A model generated the notes under the pieces. The model searched no databases. It had not been told where the DNA came from and was given only the letters and a program-made list of their open reading frames with translations. DNA of 64,000 bases. It comes from Leptonemataceae bacterium. Lineage in GTDB: Bacteria; Spirochaetota; Leptospiria; Leptospirales; Leptonemataceae. Shown in pieces: positions 20,695-31,506 of the stretch; the stretch's first letter is position 1, and each line of letters opens with the position of its first letter. The position numbers and the translations under genes are program-made. The stretch covers positions 64,001-128,000 of the forward strand of contig OZ245742.1 in the NCBI GenBank assembly GCA_965227295.1, read 5' to 3'.

Positions 20695-20782
20695 ATAATA
20701 CGACGGCCCGAAATCAACGCAATCGACTTTCCCTCGACTGAAGGTGCTTGACGAAAACAGCGCGGTCGGCTGAAATCAATTT

Positions 20783-21193
20783 ATGATTCAGTGGGAAAGT
20801 AAATACGAGTTGCAGATTCCGAAGATCGACATGCAGCACCGCGTACTGGTCATGCTGATCAATCGCCTGGAGAAGTTGCAGAACGAGCACAAGACCACGA
20901 CCCGGGACATCGACGAAATCCTGAAGCACCTCAGCCAGTACATCGACACGCACTTCAAGTTTGAGGAAGATCTGCTGCAACAGTACGACTATCCCGACTT
21001 CGCCGCTCATAAGCGCCAGCACGAGGCCTTCGTCGCGAAGGTTCAGGAGTTTCGCTCAAAGTACGAGGCCGGCGAGGACATCGGCGCGCGCGTGCTTACG
21101 TTTCTCACGGACTGGCTGCTGCATCACATCAACGAGAGCGACCGGGACTACGCCGAGCAGTGGCAGGCGTCCGGCGTGGCGGCGAAGATCTAA
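20783..21193 (+). CDS. Bacteriohemerythrin
   Basis: IDMQH, HFKFEE, HKRQH, WLLHHINESD iron-ligand pattern. Confidence 0.92.
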   Translation: MIQWESKYELQIPKIDMQHRVLVMLINRLEKLQNEHKTTTRDIDEILKHLSQYIDTHFKFEEDLLQQYDYPDFAAHKRQHEAFVAKVQEFRSKYEAGEDIGARVLTFLTDWLLHHINESDRDYAEQWQASGVAAKI

Positions 21194-21208
21194 GGTTCCG
21201 TTGCTTGC

Positions 21209-22609
21209 TCAATTCCGTCCGGGAATATAGTCCCGCGTAATCTTCGCCGCCACCCCCGCGAGCAGCAACAGGCCGACCAGGTTCGGCAGGGCCATGAGTC
21301 CGTTGAATACGTCCGAGACCAGCCACACCGTATCGATCTTCGCCACGGCTCCCACAAACACGAGCACAATGAATATTAAGCGAAACGGAATCGAGACCGC
21401 CGTGCCGCCCAGGTAGACCGCCGCACGTTCGCCGTAATAGCTCCAGCCCAGGATCGTGGAGTACGCAAAAAACGCGAGGGCAATCGCCACGAGTTTGCCG
21501 CCGGCCCCGCCGAAGGTCCAGGCGTCCAGGCCCTCGGTGAACGCGAAGACGGTCATGTCCGCACCTTTCAGGCCGCTCATCCATCCGCCGGTGACGATTA
21601 AGATCAAACCGGTGATCGTGCACACGACGAGCGTATCGATGAAGGTCTGCGTCATGGATACCAGGGCCTGGCTCACGGGGTGTTTGGTCTGCGCCGCCGC
21701 GGCGGCAATGGGCGAGGAACCAAGGCCGCTCTCGTTCGAAAAGATGCCGCGGGAAACACCCATGCGAATCGCATCTTTCACGAGCGCGCCCGCGAAACCA
21801 CCGGCCGCCGCCGTCGGAGAGAACGCGGACTCGAAGATCAACGCGAAGGCGCCGGGCAGCGCGGCGGCGTTGGCCGCGAGAATCACCAGACCCGCCGCCA
21901 TGTAGGCCAGGATCATGAACGGCACGACGAACTGCGTCACCTTCGCAATGGAACGGATGCCGCCTAAGATCACCAGACCGGACATTAAGAACAGAATAAA
22001 GCCCGTTAAGAATTGCGGCACATCGAACGCGGAATGTAACGCCTCGGCCACCGAGTTCGATTGCGTCATGTTGCCGATGCCGAACGAGGCCACCGTGGCG
22101 AAGATCGCGAAGGCCACGGCGAGAATTTTACCGACGGCCGGCATTCCAAGGCCGCCGAGGCCGCGACTGAGATAGTACATGGGCCCGCCGGCCATACGCC
22201 CCTGTTCGTCCGTGGTGCGATACTCCACGGCGAGGACCGCCTCGGCGTACTTCGTCGCCATGCCCACGAGGCCGGTGATCCACATCCAGAACAGCGCCCC
22301 CGGTCCGCCGGAAAAGATTGCCAGCGCCACACCGACGATGTTGCCGGTGCCCACCGTCGCCGAGAGCGCGGTCATCAGCGCCTGGAAGTGCGTGATGTCG
22401 CCGGGTTCGTCGCCGGGCTCTTTGCGTTTTACGAGGGCGAGCCAGAGGGCCGGTCCCAGTTGTGTAAACTGAATGAACCGCAGGCGAATCGTTAAGTAAA
22501 GACCGGTGCCGACTAAGAGGATGATCAGCGGCAGGCCCCAGACCCAGCCGCTCGCCACGTTCAGGAAGGCGTTGAGTTGATCGAGAAAGGTCGGTTCGGC
22601 GATGGGCAT
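21209..22609 (-). CDS. Sodium:alanine/glycine symporter (AGCS family)
   Basis: [36 protein letters not shown]. Confidence 0.92.
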   Translation of the reverse strand: MPIAEPTFLDQLNAFLNVASGWVWGLPLIILLVGTGLYLTIRLRFIQFTQLGPALWLALVKRKEPGDEPGDITHFQALMTALSATVGTGNIVGVALAIFSGGPGALFWMWITGLVGMATKYAEAVLAVEYRTTDEQGRMAGGPMYYLSRGLGGLGMPAVGKILAVAFAIFATVASFGIGNMTQSNSVAEALHSAFDVPQFLTGFILFLMSGLVILGGIRSIAKVTQFVVPFMILAYMAAGLVILAANAAALPGAFALIFESAFSPTAAAGGFAGALVKDAIRMGVSRGIFSNESGLGSSPIAAAAAQTKHPVSQALVSMTQTFIDTLVVCTITGLILIVTGGWMSGLKGADMTVFAFTEGLDAWTFGGAGGKLVAIALAFFAYSTILGWSYYGERAAVYLGGTAVSIPFRLIFIVLVFVGAVAKIDTVWLVSDVFNGLMALPNLVGLLLLAGVAAKITRDYIPGRN

Positions 22610-22939
22610 GATGCGAAGATGCAACGCGCATCGTGGGCGTCAGCAAGAAAAGCGGCGGGAACCGATCTTCTCAAGGCGTTTTTCCGGTGTCCGAAGAACT
22701 GTCGCGCCCGGTGTTCGCGACGAAGACGCCGTTCCGGTCCGCCTTACCCCGCTCCCCTGCACGACAACCGCACGTTAGCTGGAACCAGTTGTGACCACTA
22801 AAGTGCTAATCTAAACTGACAATAACTTACGCAGAGTTTTTTTTTGCTACGGCTCTTCGGAGTTGTGGATTTTCGTTTTGCAAAGAACGCTCGCTTCGAC
22901 CCGGACGCCGGTTGTGCGACTCAGCTATCGCTCGCGTCG

Positions 22940-23908
22940 TCACTCCAACGTCAACTGTTGCTCCTCGCGATTCACCAGCGCGTACCGCTTGTTCGTAACG
23001 TCGAACTCCACCTTTTCGCCGATGTCGAGCAACAGAATGCGATCCGCCAGGCCGCTCTTTGCGATGGCGTCGTCGATCATCTCGCGCTCGGCGCCGCCGC
23101 GGCGATAGAACGTGCTGTGGTGGATCGGGATCATCCACTTCGCGCGCACGTCGCGGAAGACGTCGACGGCCTCGTACGGATCGACGTGGACGATCTTACC
23201 GATGCTGCGACCCAGGCCGCCCTTGTTGCCGCTCGGTCCTACCGGAATGAGCGCGATGTCCACGTCGAAGCGTTCGCCGATCTCTTTAAACAACGTATCG
23301 TTGTAACCGGTGTCCCCGGCGAAAAAGACCGTGACCCCGCCGTACTCCACGACGTAGCCGTGATAGGGTTCGCCGTCCCAGAGATTGTCCACGATGAGCC
23401 GGCCGCCGAAGTGCTGGGCCGGCACCGCGGTCACCTTCGCGCCGTCGGCGTCGGTGTAAGACTTCCAGTTCTCAACGCCGTGAACCTGATCGAAGATACC
23501 GCCGGGAATGTACGGCACGCCGCCCTCCGGCGTTAACAGTTGTTTACTGCCACTTAGCATGCGCAACGACGGCCGATCGAGGTGATCGTAGTGCGTATGC
23601 GAGATCATGACCCAGTCCGCCGTCGGGATCTTATTCACGTCGATGCCCACGTCGACGTAACGCCGGACCACGCCGCCCAGGTACTCGGTGAAACAGGGGT
23701 CCGTGAGGAACCACTTGTCTTTGATCTTGAACAGCACCGTCGCGTGGCCCACCCAGTAGAGTTCCACGTCTTCCAGCTGCACGGCCCCGGCGTTGGGATC
23801 GGGCTGGTAGGCGGCCGGATCGAGGGTGCGGAAGGCCTGACAGTGCAGCGCAAAAACTGCAAGCAGTGCGGCGGCGGTGAAGAGTAAGATGGGACGGCGA
23901 TGTTTCAT
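22940..23908 (-). CDS. MBL-fold metallo-hydrolase (NAPE-PLD/RomA-like), probably exported
   Basis: WVGHAT, LTDP, ISHTHYDHLD, PAQH, FAGDTG, IPIHH. Confidence 0.88.
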   Translation of the reverse strand: MKHRRPILLFTAAALLAVFALHCQAFRTLDPAAYQPDPNAGAVQLEDVELYWVGHATVLFKIKDKWFLTDPCFTEYLGGVVRRYVDVGIDVNKIPTADWVMISHTHYDHLDRPSLRMLSGSKQLLTPEGGVPYIPGGIFDQVHGVENWKSYTDADGAKVTAVPAQHFGGRLIVDNLWDGEPYHGYVVEYGGVTVFFAGDTGYNDTLFKEIGERFDVDIALIPVGPSGNKGGLGRSIGKIVHVDPYEAVDVFRDVRAKWMIPIHHSTFYRRGGAEREMIDDAIAKSGLADRILLLDIGEKVEFDVTNKRYALVNREEQQLTLE

Positions 23909-24197
23909 GGTGGGGAGAAGTAAGGGAGCGCGGGCGCGAAGGGCAACCAAAAATGGACCGGTGGTCCGAAATTCCGTGTAAATTTGTGTTAACGGACCCC
24001 GGGCAAAATGATTATAATTCGGAACCTGGCTTATCCTCGACCAAAGCCTTGCCGTCAACACCCGCGAGCCCTGGTGATGATCGGAATAATGACAGGCCTC
24101 ATGCTCTGTGCATACGTCATGATGCAGCATCAAGTCCGACATTCTCGATACTGAAAATTCGCTTGTCGCGCTCACTCCGACCGGAAGTCTTCATAAC

Positions 24198-24440
24198 ATG
24201 AACACCGGCCGGCGGCCGCCGTTTTACGTTCGGCTGATTCTGCTGATCTATGCTCTGGTATTCTTGCTGCACGGTCTAATTTGGTTCAGCGCCTACGCCG
24301 ACTTCGCCGATTCACCGCTGTTGCAATCCCCATCCTGTTCCGACAATTACCGGGGCTCTTCGCAATCGGGTACGTCGCGTTCAGCATTGCGCTGTTGCTC
24401 ATACTCTGGCGGAGCCGCTAATGATGCTGCGTCAGGCTGA
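24198..24440 (+). pseudogene. Small membrane-protein fragment, possibly frameshifted or internally deleted
   Basis: TM helix in the first frame. From 24311 another frame reads FTAVAIPILFRQLPGLFAIGYVAFSIALLLILWRSR* (stop 24421), also TM-like. Confidence 0.35.
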
Positions 24441-24559
24441 TAGAAAGCACGCCGCTTCCGCGGATCACTCGCCATTAAGCACCGCACTATCATCGTAGTG
24501 CCGACGCCGTTTTCTGACCTATCGGTAAAAAAATAGTTTCAGTACCAGACGCGATCTGA

Positions 24560-26602
<2,043 letters not shown>

Positions 26603-26655
26603 GTCTTCTCTCGCGCCAATGCGAAAGCGTTGAACCTTGCGCTGCAAGGTTACGC

Positions 26656-27369
26656 TCACTGCTCTACGCAGATCACCTTGGCGTTGTTGGCACAACCTGA
26701 GGTTCCGATGCTCAGGAGATTCGTGTTCGTTTGATCGTGCAGGCCGGTGGTACCGGTCGTGGCCGTGGAGCCCCAGTTCGAACAATCGTTGGTGCTGCTG
26801 GTCCAGTTCGTATTGAGTCCGGTCCAGGTGGAATTCGTGCCGACGGTTACAGTCTCTACCTCGGCGGTCAGCGGAAACGAAAAGACTCCGTTGGCGGTGG
26901 TCGTCCCGATGACCGTCGTTCCGTCCGACCGTCGATATTCTTTGTTCGGCTTCAGAACCCAATCCGTATGTTCTCCGGTGCCGCCGCCGCAATTGGCCGT
27001 CGTGCAGGCGATGCGATTCGTACCGTCCGCCACCATGGCTTTGTAGGTTCCACCGCCGGAAGGCTTCGCGGCATCGGAGGCACAGTTGGCGTCGAGCCCG
27101 CTGATGCCCGCGTTCGTTGTCGCATTGCCGGAGGTACGAAACATCATGCAGGCCCCTGTTCCCGCACAGGTGGTGTCGGTAGTGCTGCCGTCTCCGCTAT
27201 CGGAGCCGCCGTTGGAGGAACCGCTCGCGGCCAGAGTCGTCGCCTGCAGGGCAAGCGCGGCACCGGTAACCAGAGCGGTCTGATCGGTGTCGTCGGTATC
27301 GCAACGGAACAAAACAACGCAAACGGCGACGCAGAGAAGCCGGGGAAGGAATTCGGGAATTCGAGTCAT
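26656..27369 (-). CDS. DUF1554 / leptospiral endostatin-like (Len-type) lipoprotein
   Basis: GISGLDANCASD..P..GTYKAMVADG.NRIAC...DWVLKPN.EY.R.DG, WTGL, C.NW, C-terminal ICVEQ. Confidence 0.85.
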   Translation of the reverse strand: MTRIPEFLPRLLCVAVCVVLFRCDTDDTDQTALVTGAALALQATTLAASGSSNGGSDSGDGSTTDTTCAGTGACMMFRTSGNATTNAGISGLDANCASDAAKPSGGGTYKAMVADGTNRIACTTANCGGGTGEHTDWVLKPNKEYRRSDGTTVIGTTTANGVFSFPLTAEVETVTVGTNSTWTGLNTNWTSSTNDCSNWGSTATTGTTGLHDQTNTNLLSIGTSGCANNAKVICVEQ

Positions 27370-27587
27370 ATAGTTAATTTTATTTATTAATAGCGGTGAC
27401 CGTCAAGATAAAATGAAGCTCCTTCAGTTCGTTGCAGTGTACCGGATTTGCGCCGCGCATGGCCGGCAGCGATATACGGCCGCGGGGTACGGTTACGGAT
27501 GACAACTTTTACGAAGCGCATCAAAATTTCGGGGCCCTCCCCGCGCGGCGCGGACGACAGTCGCTTCCGCATCGCGTATGATGCAGC

Positions 27588-28436
27588 ATGTTCCGGGCGG
27601 GCCGACTTCAAATACTACCGATGGCCTGCATCGTCCTCGCCGCCGCTCTGTTCCCGGCCTGCGGCCCCGGAGCGATCTTCAGCTATCCGATCGACGCGCG
27701 CATCCATGCCCTCGACGAGACCACCGGCTGCATCCGCGGCGTGAGCACGCATATGGACCCGGCCCTGCCGGAATGGATCCGCACTAACTTTACCTGCGTA
27801 ACAGCTACGGTTGCGGGCGATCATATCATCTTCCACACGCTCAATCTGCCCAACACAGAAAGCTACTACTATGGACCGCGCTCCCCGCTCTACGCCGACA
27901 TGCCCGCGGATCATGTCGCGAATCCGGGACGCATTGTGGCGCAGGATCTGCGTTTCGCGATTCCCGCCGCGCCGGCGCGCGAAGATGGGCAAGCGCGGGC
28001 GACCCAGGGTGGCCCGATCGGCCTTACGGTAAACGGCGTGGCCATCTTCAACAATGCGGCCCGGGCCGGGGCCTCCCTGAGCCGCGAGGCCGGCACCTTT
28101 GACGCATACAACGGCCATCCCCAGGAATGGGGCGTGTATCATCATCATACCGAACCGCTGAATCTTTCCAACGACGATGCGAACCTCGTCGGCATTGCTC
28201 TCGACGGCTTTCCGATCTACGGCCGGCGTTGTGATAACGGAACTGCAATTCGCGAAGATGACTTCGTTCCGGACGCCACGGGCACTCACGTCCTGGACGA
28301 CAATCACGGCCACATCGCAGCAACCCGGGACTTTCCGGACGGCATCTATCATTATCACGCCGCGCTGGATGATACGGCATCCATCGTAACACTGCTGGGT
28401 TCTTACTTCTACGGACACCCTGGCCATGCTCATTGA
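27588..28436 (+). CDS. YHYH-domain lipoprotein (copy 1, divergent)
   Basis: IGLTVNGVAIFN, YNGHP, GVYHHH, GIALDGFPIYG, LDDNHGH, GIYHYH. Confidence 0.85.
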   Translation: MFRAGRLQILPMACIVLAAALFPACGPGAIFSYPIDARIHALDETTGCIRGVSTHMDPALPEWIRTNFTCVTATVAGDHIIFHTLNLPNTESYYYGPRSPLYADMPADHVANPGRIVAQDLRFAIPAAPAREDGQARATQGGPIGLTVNGVAIFNNAARAGASLSREAGTFDAYNGHPQEWGVYHHHTEPLNLSNDDANLVGIALDGFPIYGRRCDNGTAIREDDFVPDATGTHVLDDNHGHIAATRDFPDGIYHYHAALDDTASIVTLLGSYFYGHPGHAH

Positions 28437-28605
28437 ATTCTTACATTGTTCGATGGCAGGTCCAGGGGAAAACGGCTTGATGGATGCACTATATATGAAA
28501 TAAACACGCCTACGCCGCGCGGCGTGGACGACAGCATCCAGTAATCTGATGTATGCTCGCGTCACATTCCTCAGACAGCATTCCTAGAAAACTCAGGAGC
28601 AAACT

Positions 28606-29502
28606 ATGTTTCTTTCCAGAAAACTTTCCGTACTCGCACTGTGCGTCGTTACGGCTTTCGGCACGAGCGCATGCAGCCTGTTCGGCGGTTCGGACGACGG
28701 TGACGATACCGATCTGCTCGCCCTGGGCAGCCTGGCCGCCCTCGTCGTCTCCAGCAGTTCTACCGTATACACGCTCGACTCATCGACGGGCTGCATCAGC
28801 GGTGTCACCATTTCCATGGACAGTTCGTTGCCGGACTGGATCAAAAACAACTTCACGTGCATGACCGGTACGGTCTCCGGCTCGAACGCCGTATTCAGCA
28901 CGCTTAACCTTCCGAACACGCGGAGCTACTATTACGGAACGTCTTCCCCGCTCTACGAAGCCCTGCCCGGCGGCAATACGCCGGCCGGTAACAACAGCAT
29001 CATCGCCCAGAGCATCAGGATGACCGTGCCCACTTCGCCTTCGCAGAACACCGGTACGCTGACAAGCACGAGCACCGGTGCCATCGGCCTCACCACGAAC
29101 GGTCTGGCCATCTTCAACAACGCCGCGGCACCGGGAGACACCCTCGCCAGCGAGGTGGCCACCTTCGATAACTTCAACGGTCACCCGCAGGAGCAGGGCA
29201 TCTACCATCACCACGCACAGCCGCTGAACCTCACGAACGAATCTTCGGAACTCATCGGCATTGCCCTCGACGGTTTCCCGGTCTACGGACGCAAGTGCGA
29301 CAACGGCACCAGCAGCACCGGCGACGATTTTACACCGGACAGCACCGGCACCAACGTCCTCGATTCCCTGCACGGCCACACATCGGCGACGATTCACTTC
29401 CCGGGCAGCCAGTATCACTACCATGCCGCGCAGGATTCCACGGCGACCATCGTCACGCTCATGGGCTCCTCGTACTACGGCAACACCGGCTCAATTCAGT
29501 AA
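28606..29502 (+). CDS. YHYH-domain lipoprotein (copy 2)
   Basis: TSAC lipobox; FNGHP, GIYHHH, LDGFPVYG, LHGH, QYHYH; RBS aggag. Confidence 0.9.
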   Translation: MFLSRKLSVLALCVVTAFGTSACSLFGGSDDGDDTDLLALGSLAALVVSSSSTVYTLDSSTGCISGVTISMDSSLPDWIKNNFTCMTGTVSGSNAVFSTLNLPNTRSYYYGTSSPLYEALPGGNTPAGNNSIIAQSIRMTVPTSPSQNTGTLTSTSTGAIGLTTNGLAIFNNAAAPGDTLASEVATFDNFNGHPQEQGIYHHHAQPLNLTNESSELIGIALDGFPVYGRKCDNGTSSTGDDFTPDSTGTNVLDSLHGHTSATIHFPGSQYHYHAAQDSTATIVTLMGSSYYGNTGSIQ

Positions 29503-29566
29503 CAATCATGAAGCCCGGGGCGACAAACAGCCGAACCCCGGGTAATTCCATTTCAGGAGAAAAAAG

Positions 29567-30481
29567 ATGAGACTCTACAAACCAGCCGGCATGCTGATGC
29601 TGTGTGTCCTCACGGCCTTCAGCACGAGTGCGTGCAACATCTTCGGTGGCTCCGACGACGGCGACACCGACCTCCTCGCTCTGGGCGGCCTCGCGGCCCT
29701 CGTTGTTTCCTCCAGATCCACGGTATACACCCTGGACTCAACGACGGGTTGCATTACCGGCCAGTCTGTCTCGATGGACAGCAGTCTACCGGACTGGATC
29801 AAGAACAACTTTACCTGCGCCACGGGTACAGTCTCGGGTTCCAACTACGTGTTCACCTCGCTGAATCTTCCGAACACGAACAGCTTCTATTACACCACGG
29901 CCTCACCGCTGTATGAGGCTCTGCCGAGCGGCAACAATTCCGCCGGAACGAACGTGATTTCGGCCCAACCGTTTACGTACACAATTCCGGCATCACCGAC
30001 GCAGAATACCGGCACCTTAACGAGCACCCAGGCCGGGCAGGCTTCCATCGGCCTCACCCGCAACGGTCTGGCCATGTTCAACAATGCCGCGGCTCCGGGG
30101 GACACCCTCGCCTCGGAAGTGGCGACCTTCGATAACTTCAACGGCCACCCGCAATCCAGCGGCATCTACCATCACCACGCCCAACCGTTGAACATTACGA
30201 ACGAAGACTCCAGCCTCGTCGGCATTGCCCTCGACGGTTATCCGGTCTACGGACGCAAGTGCGATAACGGCACCAGCAGCACCGGTGACGACTTCACCCC
30301 GGACAGCACCGGCACGAACGTTCTCGATTCCCTGCACGGCCACACCTCGGCGACGGTCCACTTTCCCGGCGGCACCTATCACTACCATGCCGCGCAGGAT
30401 TCCACGGCGACCATCGTGACTTTGATGGGTTCGAGCTTTTACGGCATCACCGGTTCCACCAGCGGAGTCCAGATTCAATAA
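29567..30481 (+). CDS. YHYH-domain lipoprotein (copy 3)
   Basis: TSAC lipobox; same motifs; long stretches near-identical to copy 2; RBS aggag. Confidence 0.9.
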   Translation: MRLYKPAGMLMLCVLTAFSTSACNIFGGSDDGDTDLLALGGLAALVVSSRSTVYTLDSTTGCITGQSVSMDSSLPDWIKNNFTCATGTVSGSNYVFTSLNLPNTNSFYYTTASPLYEALPSGNNSAGTNVISAQPFTYTIPASPTQNTGTLTSTQAGQASIGLTRNGLAMFNNAAAPGDTLASEVATFDNFNGHPQSSGIYHHHAQPLNITNEDSSLVGIALDGYPVYGRKCDNGTSSTGDDFTPDSTGTNVLDSLHGHTSATVHFPGGTYHYHAAQDSTATIVTLMGSSFYGITGSTSGVQIQ

Positions 30482-30540
30482 GGTTCTTGCGAGATAGACA
30501 CGGCCGTCCCCGCGGGCGGCCGGCATCCGCCTCTATACTT

Positions 30541-31116
30541 ATGCCGGCTAAAATCTTACAGATTACGGTTAGCATCGTGCTCCTCACGCTCTGCCACTGC
30601 GGCTCCCGCACGGTCCTTGAGCACAACGACCCCGGTCTGCAAATTCGGAACGACGTCTACCATCACGACGGCACGCCGTTCACCGGAATCATTCGCAGCA
30701 TCGTGCCGGCCGTGGAGATGGTTCGCCTGGTTCCCTATCGCGACGGCCTTGTGCACGGCACGGTGAAGGCGTATCATTCCTCCGGGACGCTCATTGAAAA
30801 GGGCCGCTACGAAGACGGCAAACCCACGGGTGTCCATCGCAGTTGGTACAACGACGGCCAGAATCGCAGCTACGCCGTTTACGAAGACGGTCTGCTGGAA
30901 GGCGAGCGGTGGGTCTGGCACAAGAACGGCCGCGTGTTTCAGTTCCAAACATACGAAGCGGGCAAGATGCGCGCGCACAAGCAGTGGCGCGAAAACGGCC
31001 TCATCTACATGAACTACGTCTACTATACCGACGGCGCGATTGCCGGCCTGCCGGGAAGTAAGGTGTGTGAGCCGGTGAGCAAAGTGACAGAAGCAGAGAC
31101 GGAAAAGGACCTATAA
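30541..31116 (+). CDS. MORN-variant repeat (YwqK-like) lipoprotein
   Basis: LCHC lipobox-like; PFTG, repeated Y.DG..HG...W/Y..G units; PGSKVC tail. Confidence 0.85.
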   Translation: MPAKILQITVSIVLLTLCHCGSRTVLEHNDPGLQIRNDVYHHDGTPFTGIIRSIVPAVEMVRLVPYRDGLVHGTVKAYHSSGTLIEKGRYEDGKPTGVHRSWYNDGQNRSYAVYEDGLLEGERWVWHKNGRVFQFQTYEAGKMRAHKQWRENGLIYMNYVYYTDGAIAGLPGSKVCEPVSKVTEAETEKDL

Positions 31117-31127
31117 TAAATTCTTTT

Positions 31128-31238
31128 GGGGCGTGCCCCTCCGCGCTTCGCGCTCCGGGTCGGGCTGTTCCGCACTCCGCTTCGCTTCGGTCTCGCGAAG
31201 ACGCGAGACTGGCGGCTACGCCGCCATGCTCCGCATCC
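31128..31238 (+). repeat. REP-like multi-hairpin repeat, copy A (left part; interrupted by IS110, right part at 32728-32745)
   Basis: ggggcgtgcccctccgcgcttcgcgctccgggtcgggct...ctccgcttcgcttcggt...gcatcc; shares blocks with 60203-60324 (-) and 60404-60529 (+). Confidence 0.8.
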
Positions 31239-31261
31239 TATATGTCCCCGTGAGGCTGTCG

Positions 31262-31495
31262 GGACGGGGTTTTCCTGGCCATCGAACCGGCGGTGCCGTA
31301 GATGAGTATCGAAGGCTATAGACTCCGGGGAGAACCCACTCGTATCTGTGTGAACCTTAGCCGGGGAAACACTTGTGAGGGCTCTATGTTCCCCCGGAGC
31401 CTATCTCCAATCGATACCACTTATAGTGAGTTTGCCCTGCCTTGCAAGGGTTTCCTGAATATAGGAATCGTGGATGATTTGGAGTGATAGCCTCA
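31262..31495 (+). ncRNA. IS110 bridge RNA (5' hairpin, target-binding loop 31323-31399, donor-binding loop 31401-31490); RNA ends approximate
   Basis: Two stem-bounded internal loops carry segments matching the target (TCGTATCT, GTGAGGG) and the donor junction (ATAGTGAG, ATATAGG). Confidence 0.85.
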
Positions 31496-31506
31496 CCGGA
31501 GGTAGT

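Noticed and set aside
22625-22940. Glycine riboswitch upstream of the AGCS symporter
   Set aside because: The conserved GGAGAG / CCGAAGG / CUCUCAGG blocks could not be found; kept only as a generic structured-RNA candidate
30541-31116. Toxin-antitoxin system (YwqK antitoxin label)
   Set aside because: No toxin gene is adjacent; the protein has a lipoprotein signal and sits in a YHYH/SCO context
31128-31238. CRISPR array or tRNA in the hairpin-rich repeats (also 60203-60529)
   Set aside because: No regularly spaced identical repeats with spacers, no cas genes, and no cloverleaf with T-loop/CCA
31237-31239. Alternative CT or CCT core, as in IS621
   Set aside because: It would give an empty site with only two C's (atcctcac), whereas the intact repeat has atccct; both right guides end in GG, supporting a CC core
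31474-31506. Longer transposase start (ATG 31474)
   Set aside because: It lies inside the donor-loop stem; ATG 31507 has a strong ggaggt RBS and gives the usual spacing to GID
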